Positions 1 to 8,925 of a stretch of 25,129 nucleotides of DNA are shown in pieces. The notes below the pieces were generated by a model that made no database searches, was not told the origin of the DNA, and saw only the letters and a program-made list of their open reading frames with translations. The first letter of the stretch is position 1. Each line of letters begins with the position of its first letter. The position numbers and the translations under genes are program-made. This DNA is from Gemmatimonadota bacterium. GTDB taxonomy: Bacteria > Gemmatimonadota > Gemmatimonadetes > Longimicrobiales > RSA9. The stretch spans positions 1 to 25,129 of the forward strand of contig JBBDRO010000074.1 in assembly GCA_040905425.1 (NCBI GenBank). The letters run 5' to 3'.

Positions 1-352
1 CCGGCACCTCGTGGCCCCGCCAAGCGGCGGTGACGGCCGGGTCCCCCGAGAGCCCGAACTGCGCGATGTAGCCCTCGTTCACGCGGTGGAAGCGCGTGTC
101 GTCATAGAAGCCCAGGCGGACCAGGTTGTAGAAGCGGTCGGCGCCGCGCGGCCCCCACGCGCGCACCAGCTCGAGCACGAACGGACCCTTGCTGGTCTCG
201 AAGCGGAGGTGGGAGACGGGCGGCGCTGGCCGCGTCCATTCGGGGTGCGTGGGATCCAGCAGCAGACTGCGGGAGGGCGTGCTTGCCGGAGCAGTGGCGC
301 ACGCGGCGGCGAGCGCGGCGGATAGCGGGATGAGCGTGGTGGGCATGCGCAT
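1..352 (-). CDS. Cyclophilin-type peptidyl-prolyl cis-trans isomerase, probable lipoprotein; 3' end outside the window
   Basis: Not in the ORF track. Manual minus-strand translation from ATG 352 (alternatives 346, 376): MRMPTTLIPLSAALAAAC...RFETSKGPFVLELVRAWGPRGADRFYNLVRLGFYDDTRFHRVNEGYIAQFGLSGDP. This matches the cyclophilin pattern (F..LV..GFYD...FHRV....AQ.G). LAAAC resembles a lipobox. Confidence 0.85.
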   Translation of the reverse strand, partial: MRMPTTLIPLSAALAAACATAPASTPSRSLLLDPTHPEWTRPAPPVSHLRFETSKGPFVLELVRAWGPRGADRFYNLVRLGFYDDTRFHRVNEGYIAQFGLSGDPAVTAAWRGHEVP

Positions 353-384
353 GGGCTCAACTATGGCTATTGGCATGGCGGGGC

Positions 385-405
385 GAAAGGATCGCCGAAG
401 CGATC
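385..405 (-). terminator. Candidate intrinsic terminator after the propeller pair
   Basis: The minus strand reads GATCGC-TTCG-GCGATC-CTTT: a 6 bp stem with a C(UUCG)G tetraloop and a short U run, about 20 nt after the stop at 423. Confidence 0.45.
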
Positions 406-422
406 ATCCGCTCGGCGCTTCG

Positions 423-1598
423 TCACTTCTCGTTCCACTCCAGCGGCGTGAAGGTGATCACCGGCACGCCGTCCGGATCGCTCGATGCCGCCAGCACGTA
501 GTCGCTGCCGAATTCGATCCTCGGGCCGGATCCGGGGCGGAGAGGAACCCGGGGCAGGCTAACCTCGTACCGCGCTGCGCCATCGGCGTCGAAGACTACC
601 CACCGATCCTTGTCACCTCCCGATTCGTCGGCGGCTTCGATGAGGGTCCAGGTGCGGCCATCGGCATCCACGCTGACCCCGCGAATCTGCGGCTTTAGCT
701 GACCATCCCATCCGTTGGCCAGGGGCTTAGTGACACGCATGATCCGCTCGACGGCGCCCGTCTCCGCGTAGACGCGAACCTCAAGCCGAGCCGGGTCAGC
801 CGCGTAGTAGAGCCCGTCCGGTCCGGTGGCCCATTCAGGGACCGGGCCAGCGTCGCTTTCGCGGGCGTCGGGAGCGGCCAGTGCGGCATTAACCATCCTC
901 ATGGCGTACTCCGCGCCGGGAAAGGCCGTGACCTGCTCGGATTCACGGTCCATCAGGACCAGTCGTAACCTTGAGTCGGCCACGCCCTGGGCAACGGCAC
1001 TCATGCCCATCGATTCGTGGATGACCAGAGCGCCTTCAGGAAAAGCACCCACCACCGTGCCGGAAATGGCGAGGGATGAGCGCCGAACAAGTTGTCCGCT
1101 CGAATCGAGGATCGTGATGCGCCTTCCCAGCTGATCCACCACGAGCAGGGAATCGCCCGCGAACCTCCTGAGTAGGACGATCTCCCTGAATTCGCCAGGG
1201 CCCGAACCTCCGCCGCCCGCCTTGGTGAGAAAGGTCCCCGCTGCGTCGAAGAAGCGGATCTCCTCCGTGCGGGCGTCCGCTACGACGATGCGGCCGTCCG
1301 CCAGCCGGGTGAGTCCCGCGATGCCCGTGAACAGGTAGGGTGCGTCTCCGTCCGCCAGCCCGATCCGGACAGCGTCGGTGGCCGGCACAACCGCCAGCGT
1401 GTCGAGTCGTGCCAGGTCCGCGGTCTCGATGATCGTGACGCCCGCGCTGTCGCGCACGCTCCAGTGCCCCTCCTGAGCGGCTTCCCCCCCGCAGGCGGCG
1501 CCGGCCGCGACGAGCGTCAGGATGATGGACCCCCGCAGGGTCACTGGCGGAGCGAAGCCGATGCTGACGGCCGGCACCTCCCTCGTCCGCGAGCTCAC
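423..1598 (-). CDS. Six-bladed beta-propeller-like lipoprotein (DUF5128/TolB-like type)
   Basis: 391 aa. Hydrophobic stretch ending GAAC (lipobox-like), RDSAGVTII segment, DGRIVVAD blade, GGGGSGPGEF motif, C-terminal VDADGRTW...W.VFD..G blades. The GTG start overlaps the stop of the upstream gene. Confidence 0.75.
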   Translation of the reverse strand: MSSRTREVPAVSIGFAPPVTLRGSIILTLVAAGAACGGEAAQEGHWSVRDSAGVTIIETADLARLDTLAVVPATDAVRIGLADGDAPYLFTGIAGLTRLADGRIVVADARTEEIRFFDAAGTFLTKAGGGGSGPGEFREIVLLRRFAGDSLLVVDQLGRRITILDSSGQLVRRSSLAISGTVVGAFPEGALVIHESMGMSAVAQGVADSRLRLVLMDRESEQVTAFPGAEYAMRMVNAALAAPDARESDAGPVPEWATGPDGLYYAADPARLEVRVYAETGAVERIMRVTKPLANGWDGQLKPQIRGVSVDADGRTWTLIEAADESGGDKDRWVVFDADGAARYEVSLPRVPLRPGSGPRIEFGSDYVLAASSDPDGVPVITFTPLEWNEK

Positions 1599-2638
1599 CG
1601 GGCCCCCAGGGAGCCGTCCACCAGCCGCGGCCGCAGGATCGTGTAGGTGAGATCCGGCCGATCGTCATACCGGACCAAGCCCAGGAGCCCACCATCCACC
1701 CGCGTGGCGAAGCCCTCGATCCGGCCGCTTCCCAGCACGGCGCCGGTCGTTGCATCCAGCGCGTAGATGGCTGTGGCGTAAACCAGGGTGCGGTCCGCGA
1801 TCCGACGCCGGCCGTCCGGCTCTTCCCGGATCCCGCTCTCCCAGTCGCTCCCGGGCAACCTTATCATCACCCAGAGTCTATTGTGCTCATCCGGCCACAT
1901 TCCGCCGATGCTGGGCAGGGGCGGCGTCCGGAGTGAGTAGTCGAACTCTTCATCCGCCTCAGGGAACCAGGAGGGCGGTTCCGGAGAGAGCGTGCGGAGG
2001 TGTTCGCCGTCCAGCGAGAGGAGGCGGAAGGTCCACATTCGAGGATCCGCCTCCCAGACCTGGTCGCCCGCGTGGAAGGCGCGGCTGTGGTCGGGGTCGC
2101 GCGCGCTGAATGAACCGACGTAGCGCCCGTCAGGTGCAAAGCGGTGCAGGGAATAGTCGGCCGCTTCGGGCCGGCGGTAGCGGAGGTTAGCCACCACCAT
2201 CCCCGTGGACGCCACCTGGACGCGCATCCCCAGCACCGGCATCTCCGGCCGGAACGAGCGCCGCACTTCCAGGTCGGGCCCGAGCACGCTGACCCGGTAG
2301 TTGCCCAGGTCGTAGACGTAGAGGGAATCCGCCTCGACCTCCACCGCCGCGATGTCACCGTATTCACCCGGGCCGCTGCCCGGCCTCCCGACCTCACCCA
2401 CGCAGTCACCCTGCGGCGAGAACACCTGGAGCCGGTCCGAGCCCTCCCCGAACAGCACGTAACGGCCGCGAGCATCCACCGCACCGTACGTGGACTCGTG
2501 CGGGACCATGCACGGTGCGCCGGCTTGGCTGGTGAGGACGGCCAGCTGATCGAACTCGATCCGGTTCGGCGCCTCCGTCCCCGGGAGGCCCGCCTGCAGC
2601 AGGAGCGTCATGAGCGCCGGGGCGATGCTGATTGCCAT
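1595..2638 (-). CDS. Exported six-bladed beta-propeller-like protein
   Basis: 347 aa. N-terminal signal-like segment, GRPGSGPGEY motif, DSLYVYD and DEHNRLWV blades. GGAGG RBS upstream on the minus strand. Confidence 0.75.
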   Translation of the reverse strand: MAISIAPALMTLLLQAGLPGTEAPNRIEFDQLAVLTSQAGAPCMVPHESTYGAVDARGRYVLFGEGSDRLQVFSPQGDCVGEVGRPGSGPGEYGDIAAVEVEADSLYVYDLGNYRVSVLGPDLEVRRSFRPEMPVLGMRVQVASTGMVVANLRYRRPEAADYSLHRFAPDGRYVGSFSARDPDHSRAFHAGDQVWEADPRMWTFRLLSLDGEHLRTLSPEPPSWFPEADEEFDYSLRTPPLPSIGGMWPDEHNRLWVMIRLPGSDWESGIREEPDGRRRIADRTLVYATAIYALDATTGAVLGSGRIEGFATRVDGGLLGLVRYDDRPDLTYTILRPRLVDGSLGAR

Positions 2639-2672
2639 CCTGCGCCTCCGCTGTGTTGCGGGGCTGGGGGAA

Positions 2673-2758
2673 TTGCTGCGAGCTACGCCATGAGGGCATG
2701 GGTCGGATCGACGTTGGCGCTCTTCCGAAGATTCACCCGTGGCCCGGCCGCACGCAAG
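2673..2758 (-). promoter_or_regulatory. Conserved ~85 bp upstream element (copy A), homologous to the regions upstream of both ECF sigma genes
   Basis: Manual alignment to 19781-19865 gives about 64/86 identities. On the minus strand TTGCGT is followed 17-18 nt later by an xAxxxT hexamer, resembling a sigma-70 promoter. Confidence 0.6.
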
Positions 2759-2889
2759 GAATCGTCGATAGGCGCAGGCGCATCCTGCTATCGCTACTTG
2801 GCCAGGCGTTTTCTACCTTTGTCCCAGACGGTTGTTTTAGCACGCAGTACGTTATACGTTCTATTCAGGTCCTTCTAAGGGGACGCTGC

Positions 2890-3183
2890 ATGATCATTTC
2901 CTTTGCGAACAAGGGAACTGAAGACGTCTATGACGGCAGGAACACCAAGGCTGCGCGACGGACCTGCCCTGCAGCGATCTGGAGCGTCGCGCAGCGGAAG
3001 ATGACCCAACTCAACGCAGCCGAGCGCCTTCAGAACCTGGCGATCCCGCCGAGCAATCGACTGGAGGCGCTCAAAGGGGATCGGAAGGGTCAGCACAGCA
3101 TACGAATCAACGATCAGTATCGCTTGTGCTTCTCGTGGACGAACCACGGTCCGGCGGAAGTTGAACTCACCGACTACCACTAG
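2890..3183 (+). CDS. higB: Type II toxin HigB (RelE/ParE superfamily)
   Basis: From ATG 2890: MIISFANKGTEDVYDG...PPSNRLEALKGDRKGQHSIRINDQYRLCFSW...VELTDYH, the typical HigB signature. Toxin-before-antitoxin order. Confidence 0.93.
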   Translation: MIISFANKGTEDVYDGRNTKAARRTCPAAIWSVAQRKMTQLNAAERLQNLAIPPSNRLEALKGDRKGQHSIRINDQYRLCFSWTNHGPAEVELTDYH

Positions 3184-3193
3184 GAGGTCCCGC

Positions 3194-3502
3194 ATGACCC
3201 GGCTTCCCACGCACCGGCCGCCCACGCACCCGGGCGAGATGCTCATGGAGGAGATCCTGAGGCCGCTCGGCGTCTCCCAGACGGATTTTGCCAAGCACAT
3301 CGGCGTCTCGTACGTGCGCCTGAACGCCATCGTCAACGGTCGCCGAGGCGTGACTCCGGATACGGCCCTCCGGCTGGAGCGGGCTACGCGGATGACCGCC
3401 GGATTCTGGCTGAATCTCCAGCGCGACTGGGACCTCTGGCATACGTTGCACTCGGCGGCTGCCGGGGACATCGAGCGGATCCAGCCGCTCGAGGTGGCTT
3501 GA
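3194..3502 (+). CDS. higA: Antitoxin HigA (XRE HTH)
   Basis: AGGAGG RBS then MTRLPTHRPPTHPGEMLMEEILRPLGVSQ...IVNGRRGVTPDTALRL...FWLNLQ..WDL. Confidence 0.93.
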   Translation: MTRLPTHRPPTHPGEMLMEEILRPLGVSQTDFAKHIGVSYVRLNAIVNGRRGVTPDTALRLERATRMTAGFWLNLQRDWDLWHTLHSAAAGDIERIQPLEVA

Positions 3503-3530
3503 GGGGCTGCCCGCCTGTCCAGCGCGGATT

Positions 3531-4889
3531 CTATCTCGGTCCGCCCCGCGCCTCCGCCGCCACACGCCCCACCGCCGCCGCCGCCCGCTCCACGTCCGCC
3601 AGCGTGTTGTAGATGTGCGGGCAGAGGCGCATGCCGCCCGTGGACGCGCCGGCCACGCCGTGCTCCTCGTACAGGCGGCGGTAGAGCGCCCCGGCGTCCG
3701 CGCCCGCGAAGCTCGCGATGACCACGCCGGCGCGCATCTCGGCGGGCGCGGGCGTGATCAGGGTGGCGCCGGGCAGGGCGGCGATGGCAGCGCGCAGGGC
3801 GGTGGCCAGTTCCAGGACCCGCGCCTCCACCACGGCCGGGCCGATGGTCTCGTGGAAGGCCACGGCGGCGGCGAAGCCGGCGATGGTGGCGTCATTGCGC
3901 TGGCCGAGCGTCTCGAACTTGCGTGCGCCGCGGGCGCTGGTCGCGGCACCGTTGCCCCAGCCCACCCCCACCATGCCGGGCCAGATGGTCTCGATGCGCT
4001 CGCGCCGGACGTAGAGCACACCGGCCTCGTCCGGCCCCATGAACCACTTGTGCGCGCTGGCGGCGTACGAGTCGCAGCCCATGGCGTGCAGGTCGCGCAC
4101 GAGGGCGCCAAAGGTCTGCGCGCCGTCCGCGTGCGTGTAGACGCCGCGCTCGCGAGCGGCGGCGCACAGTGCGGCGCTGGGCATGCGTAGCCCGGTGGTG
4201 TTGGACACATCAGTGAACGCCAGCACCCGGGTGGCGGGGCGCAGCTCGCTCAGGAAGGCGTCCAGCACGGCGGCGGGCGTGGGCAGCGTGGGCGGCACGG
4301 GGATGCGCCGCACCGAGAAGCCGAAGCGCGCCGCCCGGACGTCCCACGCCACGTTGTTGGTGGGATGGTTCTGGTCCAGCAGGAGCACCTCGTCGCCGGG
4401 GCCCAGCTCCAGCCCGCCCACGATGATGTTGTTCGCCTCGGAGGTGTTGCGCACGATGGCAATCTCGTCGGCATCCGCGCCCAGGTAGGCGGCCAGCCGG
4501 GCGCGCGTGGCCTCCAGCAGGTCGCCATACTTGCCCCGGTTCTGGAAGGACACGTCCCCGTCCACGTCCCGCATGGCCGCCGCCACGGCGTCGATCACCT
4601 GGCGCGGCGCCGGGCAGAGGTTGGCGGCGTTCATGGGGATCACCCCCTCGCGCAGGGGGAACTGCGCGCGCACCAGCTCCCAGTAGGCCTCGTCCGGGGC
4701 CCGGGCCGGGGGCGGGCGCAGCGCCGGCGCCGCCGTGGTGCCGCGCGGTGGGGCGGCACGCAGGGCGCCGGCGGCGCCACCCAGGCCGGGCAGCGCCGCC
4801 AGGCCGAGCGAGGCGGCGGCCCCGCGGCTGAGGAAGCGGCGCCGGGACAGCGCGGCCGCGGTGGGCAGGTTCGCCGCTGGGGTGGCCAT
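3531..4889 (-). CDS. Aminotransferase class V PLP-dependent enzyme (isopenicillin N epimerase/cysteine desulfurase-like) with Tat signal
   Basis: SRRRFL twin-arginine leader; RNTSEANN, HPTN, HADGAQ and SAHKW (PLP lysine) motifs; C-terminal R.CPHIYNT. Confidence 0.88.
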   Translation of the reverse strand: MATPAANLPTAAALSRRRFLSRGAAASLGLAALPGLGGAAGALRAAPPRGTTAAPALRPPPARAPDEAYWELVRAQFPLREGVIPMNAANLCPAPRQVIDAVAAAMRDVDGDVSFQNRGKYGDLLEATRARLAAYLGADADEIAIVRNTSEANNIIVGGLELGPGDEVLLLDQNHPTNNVAWDVRAARFGFSVRRIPVPPTLPTPAAVLDAFLSELRPATRVLAFTDVSNTTGLRMPSAALCAAARERGVYTHADGAQTFGALVRDLHAMGCDSYAASAHKWFMGPDEAGVLYVRRERIETIWPGMVGVGWGNGAATSARGARKFETLGQRNDATIAGFAAAVAFHETIGPAVVEARVLELATALRAAIAALPGATLITPAPAEMRAGVVIASFAGADAGALYRRLYEEHGVAGASTGGMRLCPHIYNTLADVERAAAAVGRVAAEARGGPR

Positions 4890-4891
4890 GG

Positions 4892-7800
4892 TCAGCGCCC
4901 CCGCACCGGGACCGGCACCGGGGCGATCGCCGCGGGCCGCGCGTCGGCGGCGTAGATGCGGGCCAGCAGCGCCGGGATACGCTCCGTCACCACCAGGTTC
5001 AGCGCCACGACGGCCTCCGGCACGGCGTCCCAGCCTTCCTCCACGGCACGGAGCTGGTCGGCGGTGGGCCGACCGGCGGTGCCCTCCGCCCCGGAGCCCG
5101 CGCGGGCTCCGCTCGTGGCGGGGCCGAGCTGCTGGCGCGCGTCGGCCAGCGCGCTGCGGACCTCGTCCGCCTCACGGCGCAGGGCATCCGGCACGCTGGC
5201 GGCGCCCTCCAGCACCGCCCGCGCGGCATCGAGCTGCTCCTGCGCCTGGCTCGCCGCCGCGTTGGCACGCCCCACGTGGACGGCCAGCGAATCTGCGGAG
5301 AACATGAGCCGCTGGCGCGCCGCCTGCGCCGCCGGCTCCGGGCGTACGCGCGGGTCCACCCGCACCTCGAAGGCGCGCTCCGCGACGGGCGCGCCAGCGG
5401 CGTCCGCTACCGTGGTCACCCCCGCGGCGCCGGCAAGCCGGACCGAGTACATTCCGGGCGCCGCCAGCGGCCCGCGCGAGCCGCCGCCGAAGCGCCCACC
5501 GCCGCCACCCGCCTGACCCTCCTCGGGCTGGAAGAGCGGATCGTGGCGGAAGTCCCAGCGCACCGCGTGCACCACACCGGGCGTGGCCGGACCCTCCAGG
5601 GTCCGGATCACGGTGCCGGCCGCGTCCAGGATCTCGAGGGAGACGTCCGCGGCCTGATCGGCGTCGTCGCTTGAAACAGCCGCCACGGGACCGCCGAGCA
5701 GGTAGCGGATGAGCGCGCCCGAGCGCGGATTCTCCCCCGCGTAGCTGTCCGCCCAGAAGGGCCAGCCGCCGCTCAGGAACCACTGCGTGGCCGTGCGCAC
5801 GGGGAAGAGGTGCGCGGCGTTGGCCAGCGCGCCGCGCGCCAGCCCCTCGAGCGGCGCGATGTCATCCAGGATCCAGATGCTGCGGCCGTGGGTGCCGAGC
5901 ACCAGGTCATTCTCGCGCGGGTGGAGCTGGATGTCATCCACGGGCACGGTGGGCAGCCCGCCGTCTATCTGCACCCAGGCGCCGCCCCGGTCGAAGGAGG
6001 CGAAGACGCCCACCTCGTTGCCCACGAACAGCAGCTCGGGGGTGCGCGGGTGCTCCCGGACGCGGTTCACCGACTCGTCGGGCAGCCCGCCCACGATGCG
6101 CTGCCAGGAGGCGCCGTAGTCCTCGGTGACGTAGACGTGCGGTCGGTAGTCGTCGTGCCAGTGGCCGTCGAAGGAGGCGTAGGCGCGCCCGGGCGCGTGA
6201 TGGGACGCCTCCACGCCGCTCACGTAGGTGCCGCGCGGTAGCCCGGGGGCGTTCACGGACACCTCGCGCCACGTGGCGCCGCCATCCCGCGTGACCTGGA
6301 CGTTGCCGTCGTCGGTGCCCGCCCACAGGACGTCCGCATCCAGGGGCGACTCCGAGATGCTGGTGAGCGTGCCGTAGTTGGACTGCCCGTCGTGGCGCGA
6401 GAGCGTCTCGCGCGTGACCCGCGCACCCATGATCTCGAGGGTGTCCCGGTCGATGCCACGGCTCAGGTCGGGCGACACCTCGGCCCACGTCACCCCCTGG
6501 TCGCGCGAGCGCATGAGATGGTTGCTGCCCAGGTAGACGGTGCGGTTGTCATGGTGGCTGACGGCGATGGGCGTGTTCCAGTTGAAGCGGTAGGAGCGCT
6601 CCTCACCGTCCGCGCCGGGCCATGCCTGGGGCCGGATGCGCTGCACCTCACCCGTGGCCACGTTGACGCGGCTCACGTTGCCGCCCTGGCTCTCCGTGTA
6701 GACGATGTCAGGGTTCGTGGGGTCGATGCGATTGTAGAAACCGTCCCCGCCCGACACGTCCCGCCAGTTGCCGTGCTGGATGCCGTAGCTGGTGAGCGAG
6801 TGGTTGGGCGCGCACCATGAGCTGTTGTCCTGCAGCCCGCCGCACACGTTGTAGGGATCCGCGTTGTCCAGACCCACCTCGTAGAACTGGCCGATGGCCA
6901 GATTGTTGTGGTGGCGCCAGGTGCGGCCGCGGTCGAAGGTGGAGGAGATGCCGCCGTCGCTGCCCAGGATGATGTGGTCCGAGTCGTTCGGGTCGATCCA
7001 CAGGGCGTGGTGGTCCACGTGGATCCCCTCCGCCGCGTCACCACGCTCGAAGGTGCGCCCGCCGTCCGTGCTCGTGCCGAGCGACACCCCGCCCGCCCAG
7101 ATGCGCTCCGGGTCGTTAGGGTCCACGCGCACGAGCGAGAAGTACATGGGCCGCGGATTGTATTCGCTGAGCTGCTCCCAACTCTCGCCGCGGTCGGTGG
7201 AACGGTAGAGGCCCTGCCCGTCGCCGCGCGTCTCCACCAAGGCATAGACCAGGTTGCCGTCGCGCCGATAGATGTCCAGCCCTATGCGCCCCTTCTCACC
7301 CGCGGGCAGCCCGTCCGTCAGCTCGCTCCACGTCTCGCCGCCGTCCGTGGTGCGCCAGATGCCGCCCCCACCGCCGCGGGCGCTGAAGCCGAAGGCGGTG
7401 CGCTGGCGCTGGTAGGTGGCGGCGAAGAGGGTGCGCGGGTCCCCGGGGTCCATGACCAGGTCGATGACGCCCGTGTGCTCGTTGCGATAGAGGACCTTGT
7501 CCCACGACTCGCCGCCGTCGGTGGTGCGGAAGACGCCGCGCTCCTCGTTGGGACCGAAGAGGTGGCCCACCGCCGCCACGTACACGACATCCGGATCGCG
7601 CGGGTGGATGACGATGCGGCCGATGTGGCGCGTGTCCTCCAGCCCCATGGCCTGCCAGGTCAGCCCCGCGTCCGTGGACTTGAAGACGCCCGCCCCGTAG
7701 GGGGAGCTCTGCCGGTTCTGCGGCTCGCCGGTGCCCACCCACACGATGTTCGGGTTCGACGGCGCCAGCGTCACCGCGCCCACCGAGGCATTCGGCTGGT

Positions 7801-8119
7801 CGTCGAAGAGCGGCGTCCAGCTCATCCCCTGGCTGGTGGTTTTCCACAGCCCGCCCGAGGCCAGCCCCACGTAGAACTCCGTAGGGTCGGCCTGGTTCAC
7901 CGCCAGGTCCGACACGCGCCCGCCCATGATGGCGGGGCCGATCTCGCGGAATTCCAGCTCGGAGAGGGCGCGCTGGTAGCGGTCGGCCGCATCGAGCGTC
8001 GCGGCGGGGCGCTGTTGAGCGTTGACCGGTGTGGCGAGCGGAGCCACCAGCGCCGCGGCGCCCAGCGTGAGGAGGAGCGCGGCAGCGCGTGGGGCGCGGC
8101 GGAGGGCGGCGCGGGGCAT
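4892..8119 (-). CDS. Large exported Vps10/BNR (Asp-box) repeat protein, glycosyl hydrolase-like
   Basis: Likely start ATG 8119 (MPRAALRR..., signal peptide ending VNA-QQ). REIGPAIMGGRVSDL N-terminal motif and many S/TxDGGxTW Asp-boxes. Co-oriented with and 2 nt from the aminotransferase gene. Confidence 0.85.
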   Translation of the reverse strand: MPRAALRRAPRAAALLLTLGAAALVAPLATPVNAQQRPAATLDAADRYQRALSELEFREIGPAIMGGRVSDLAVNQADPTEFYVGLASGGLWKTTSQGMSWTPLFDDQPNASVGAVTLAPSNPNIVWVGTGEPQNRQSSPYGAGVFKSTDAGLTWQAMGLEDTRHIGRIVIHPRDPDVVYVAAVGHLFGPNEERGVFRTTDGGESWDKVLYRNEHTGVIDLVMDPGDPRTLFAATYQRQRTAFGFSARGGGGGIWRTTDGGETWSELTDGLPAGEKGRIGLDIYRRDGNLVYALVETRGDGQGLYRSTDRGESWEQLSEYNPRPMYFSLVRVDPNDPERIWAGGVSLGTSTDGGRTFERGDAAEGIHVDHHALWIDPNDSDHIILGSDGGISSTFDRGRTWRHHNNLAIGQFYEVGLDNADPYNVCGGLQDNSSWCAPNHSLTSYGIQHGNWRDVSGGDGFYNRIDPTNPDIVYTESQGGNVSRVNVATGEVQRIRPQAWPGADGEERSYRFNWNTPIAVSHHDNRTVYLGSNHLMRSRDQGVTWAEVSPDLSRGIDRDTLEIMGARVTRETLSRHDGQSNYGTLTSISESPLDADVLWAGTDDGNVQVTRDGGATWREVSVNAPGLPRGTYVSGVEASHHAPGRAYASFDGHWHDDYRPHVYVTEDYGASWQRIVGGLPDESVNRVREHPRTPELLFVGNEVGVFASFDRGGAWVQIDGGLPTVPVDDIQLHPRENDLVLGTHGRSIWILDDIAPLEGLARGALANAAHLFPVRTATQWFLSGGWPFWADSYAGENPRSGALIRYLLGGPVAAVSSDDADQAADVSLEILDAAGTVIRTLEGPATPGVVHAVRWDFRHDPLFQPEEGQAGGGGGRFGGGSRGPLAAPGMYSVRLAGAAGVTTVADAAGAPVAERAFEVRVDPRVRPEPAAQAARQRLMFSADSLAVHVGRANAAASQAQEQLDAARAVLEGAASVPDALRREADEVRSALADARQQLGPATSGARAGSGAEGTAGRPTADQLRAVEEGWDAVPEAVVALNLVVTERIPALLARIYAADARPAAIAPVPVPVRGR

Positions 8120-8345
8120 GGTACCGTCCGGGATGAGGTTGGGTGCGGAGCGTGGGCTCGGCGTCGGAGCGTACCTTCCCCCGATGGGAGCGCAGGTTCG
8201 CCACGGACCGCTCCAACTGAATTCCAAGCGACCCGTCCCGTCAAGCTTCGCAGGGGAACGGGCCGGGATCCCGGCCGCTTACTGTGCGTCGCGCGGGAGC
8301 CGGTGCAGATCCCTGCGGATGGAGTGGCCGCCCCCGTGCAGGGGC

Positions 8346-8643
8346 CTACCGCATGTGCTTATGCTCTGAGAAGCACTTGGGAGTATCCGGCGCCATGTCC
8401 GCATGGGGCTTGGCCACCGCGCCGCCGTAGGCGTGGCAAACACGGTTCACCATGGCGTGGCGCACGGTGGCGGTCCAGCCGGCGGCTGTGCCGGTGAGGT
8501 CGATGGTGGTGTGCTGCGGAACCTGGAAGCCGGCCAGCTCCGCCACCTCGGCTGCATAGCGCCGGTGCGCGGCGAAGTGCTCGTTCTGCCGCTCCACCAG
8601 CTCATCGAGGCCCTCGTGGAAGCCGTCCAGGGGGCCGGGGGTG
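8346..8643 (-). pseudogene. 3' fragment (copy 1) of the gene at 14357-14935
   Basis: 91 of 98 aa identical to the C-terminal part of 14357-14935 (DNA offset 6011). Homology stops abruptly at 8643, and the signal peptide and N-terminal domain are missing. Confidence 0.75.
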
Positions 8644-8651
8644 TCGAGGAC

Positions 8652-8705
8652 GGCGGCATGCCGCCATCCTGGCTCTCCGCCGCCCCCGGATGGCGGCATG
8701 CCGCC
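8652..8705. repeat. Twin 14 bp palindromes GGCGGCATGCCGCC within an 18 bp perfect inverted repeat
   Basis: Palindromes at 8652-8665 and 8692-8705, 40 bp apart. GGCGGCATGCCGCCATCC (8652-8669) is the reverse complement of GGATGGCGGCATGCCGCC (8688-8705). Confidence 0.85.
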
Positions 8706-8795
8706 AGACGAATGCGGCGCCATGGCACCTCGTTTCGGTCCATATGATCCCGTTACTGATTGCTATGTACGGCGTTGCGTCAATCCGACCCAAGA

Positions 8796-8812
8796 CAGGC
8801 ACGGGCCATGCC
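8796..8812 (+). promoter_or_regulatory. Candidate sigma-54 (-24/-12) promoter for the peptide-dsbA-propeller operon
   Basis: CAGGCACGGGCCATGCC: GG(8798-8799)-N10-GC(8810-8811) with a GGCACG core, compared with consensus TGGCACG-N4-TTGC. A sigma-54 activator gene lies in the same cassette. Confidence 0.5.
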
Positions 8813-8925
8813 TGAGCGAACCGGTCACCAACGGGTCTGAATGGGCGCGTGGCTGGCATCGATGAATCGACCACGGGCGTATCACAGGCTCGGCTGACTC
8901 ACCCTCCACAAGGACGGAGCATGTC

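Noticed and set aside
2632..2889. N-terminal extension of HigB in the ORF track, and similar extensions at 8227, 12969, 16333, 19044, 21899 and 23507
   Set aside because: Family similarity, signal peptides or RBS positions support the downstream starts used above.
6908..8497. 529 aa plus-strand ORF and many other long overlapping ORFs in the track
   Set aside because: They are antisense or alternate-frame shadows of well-supported genes in high-GC DNA, with no recognisable motifs.
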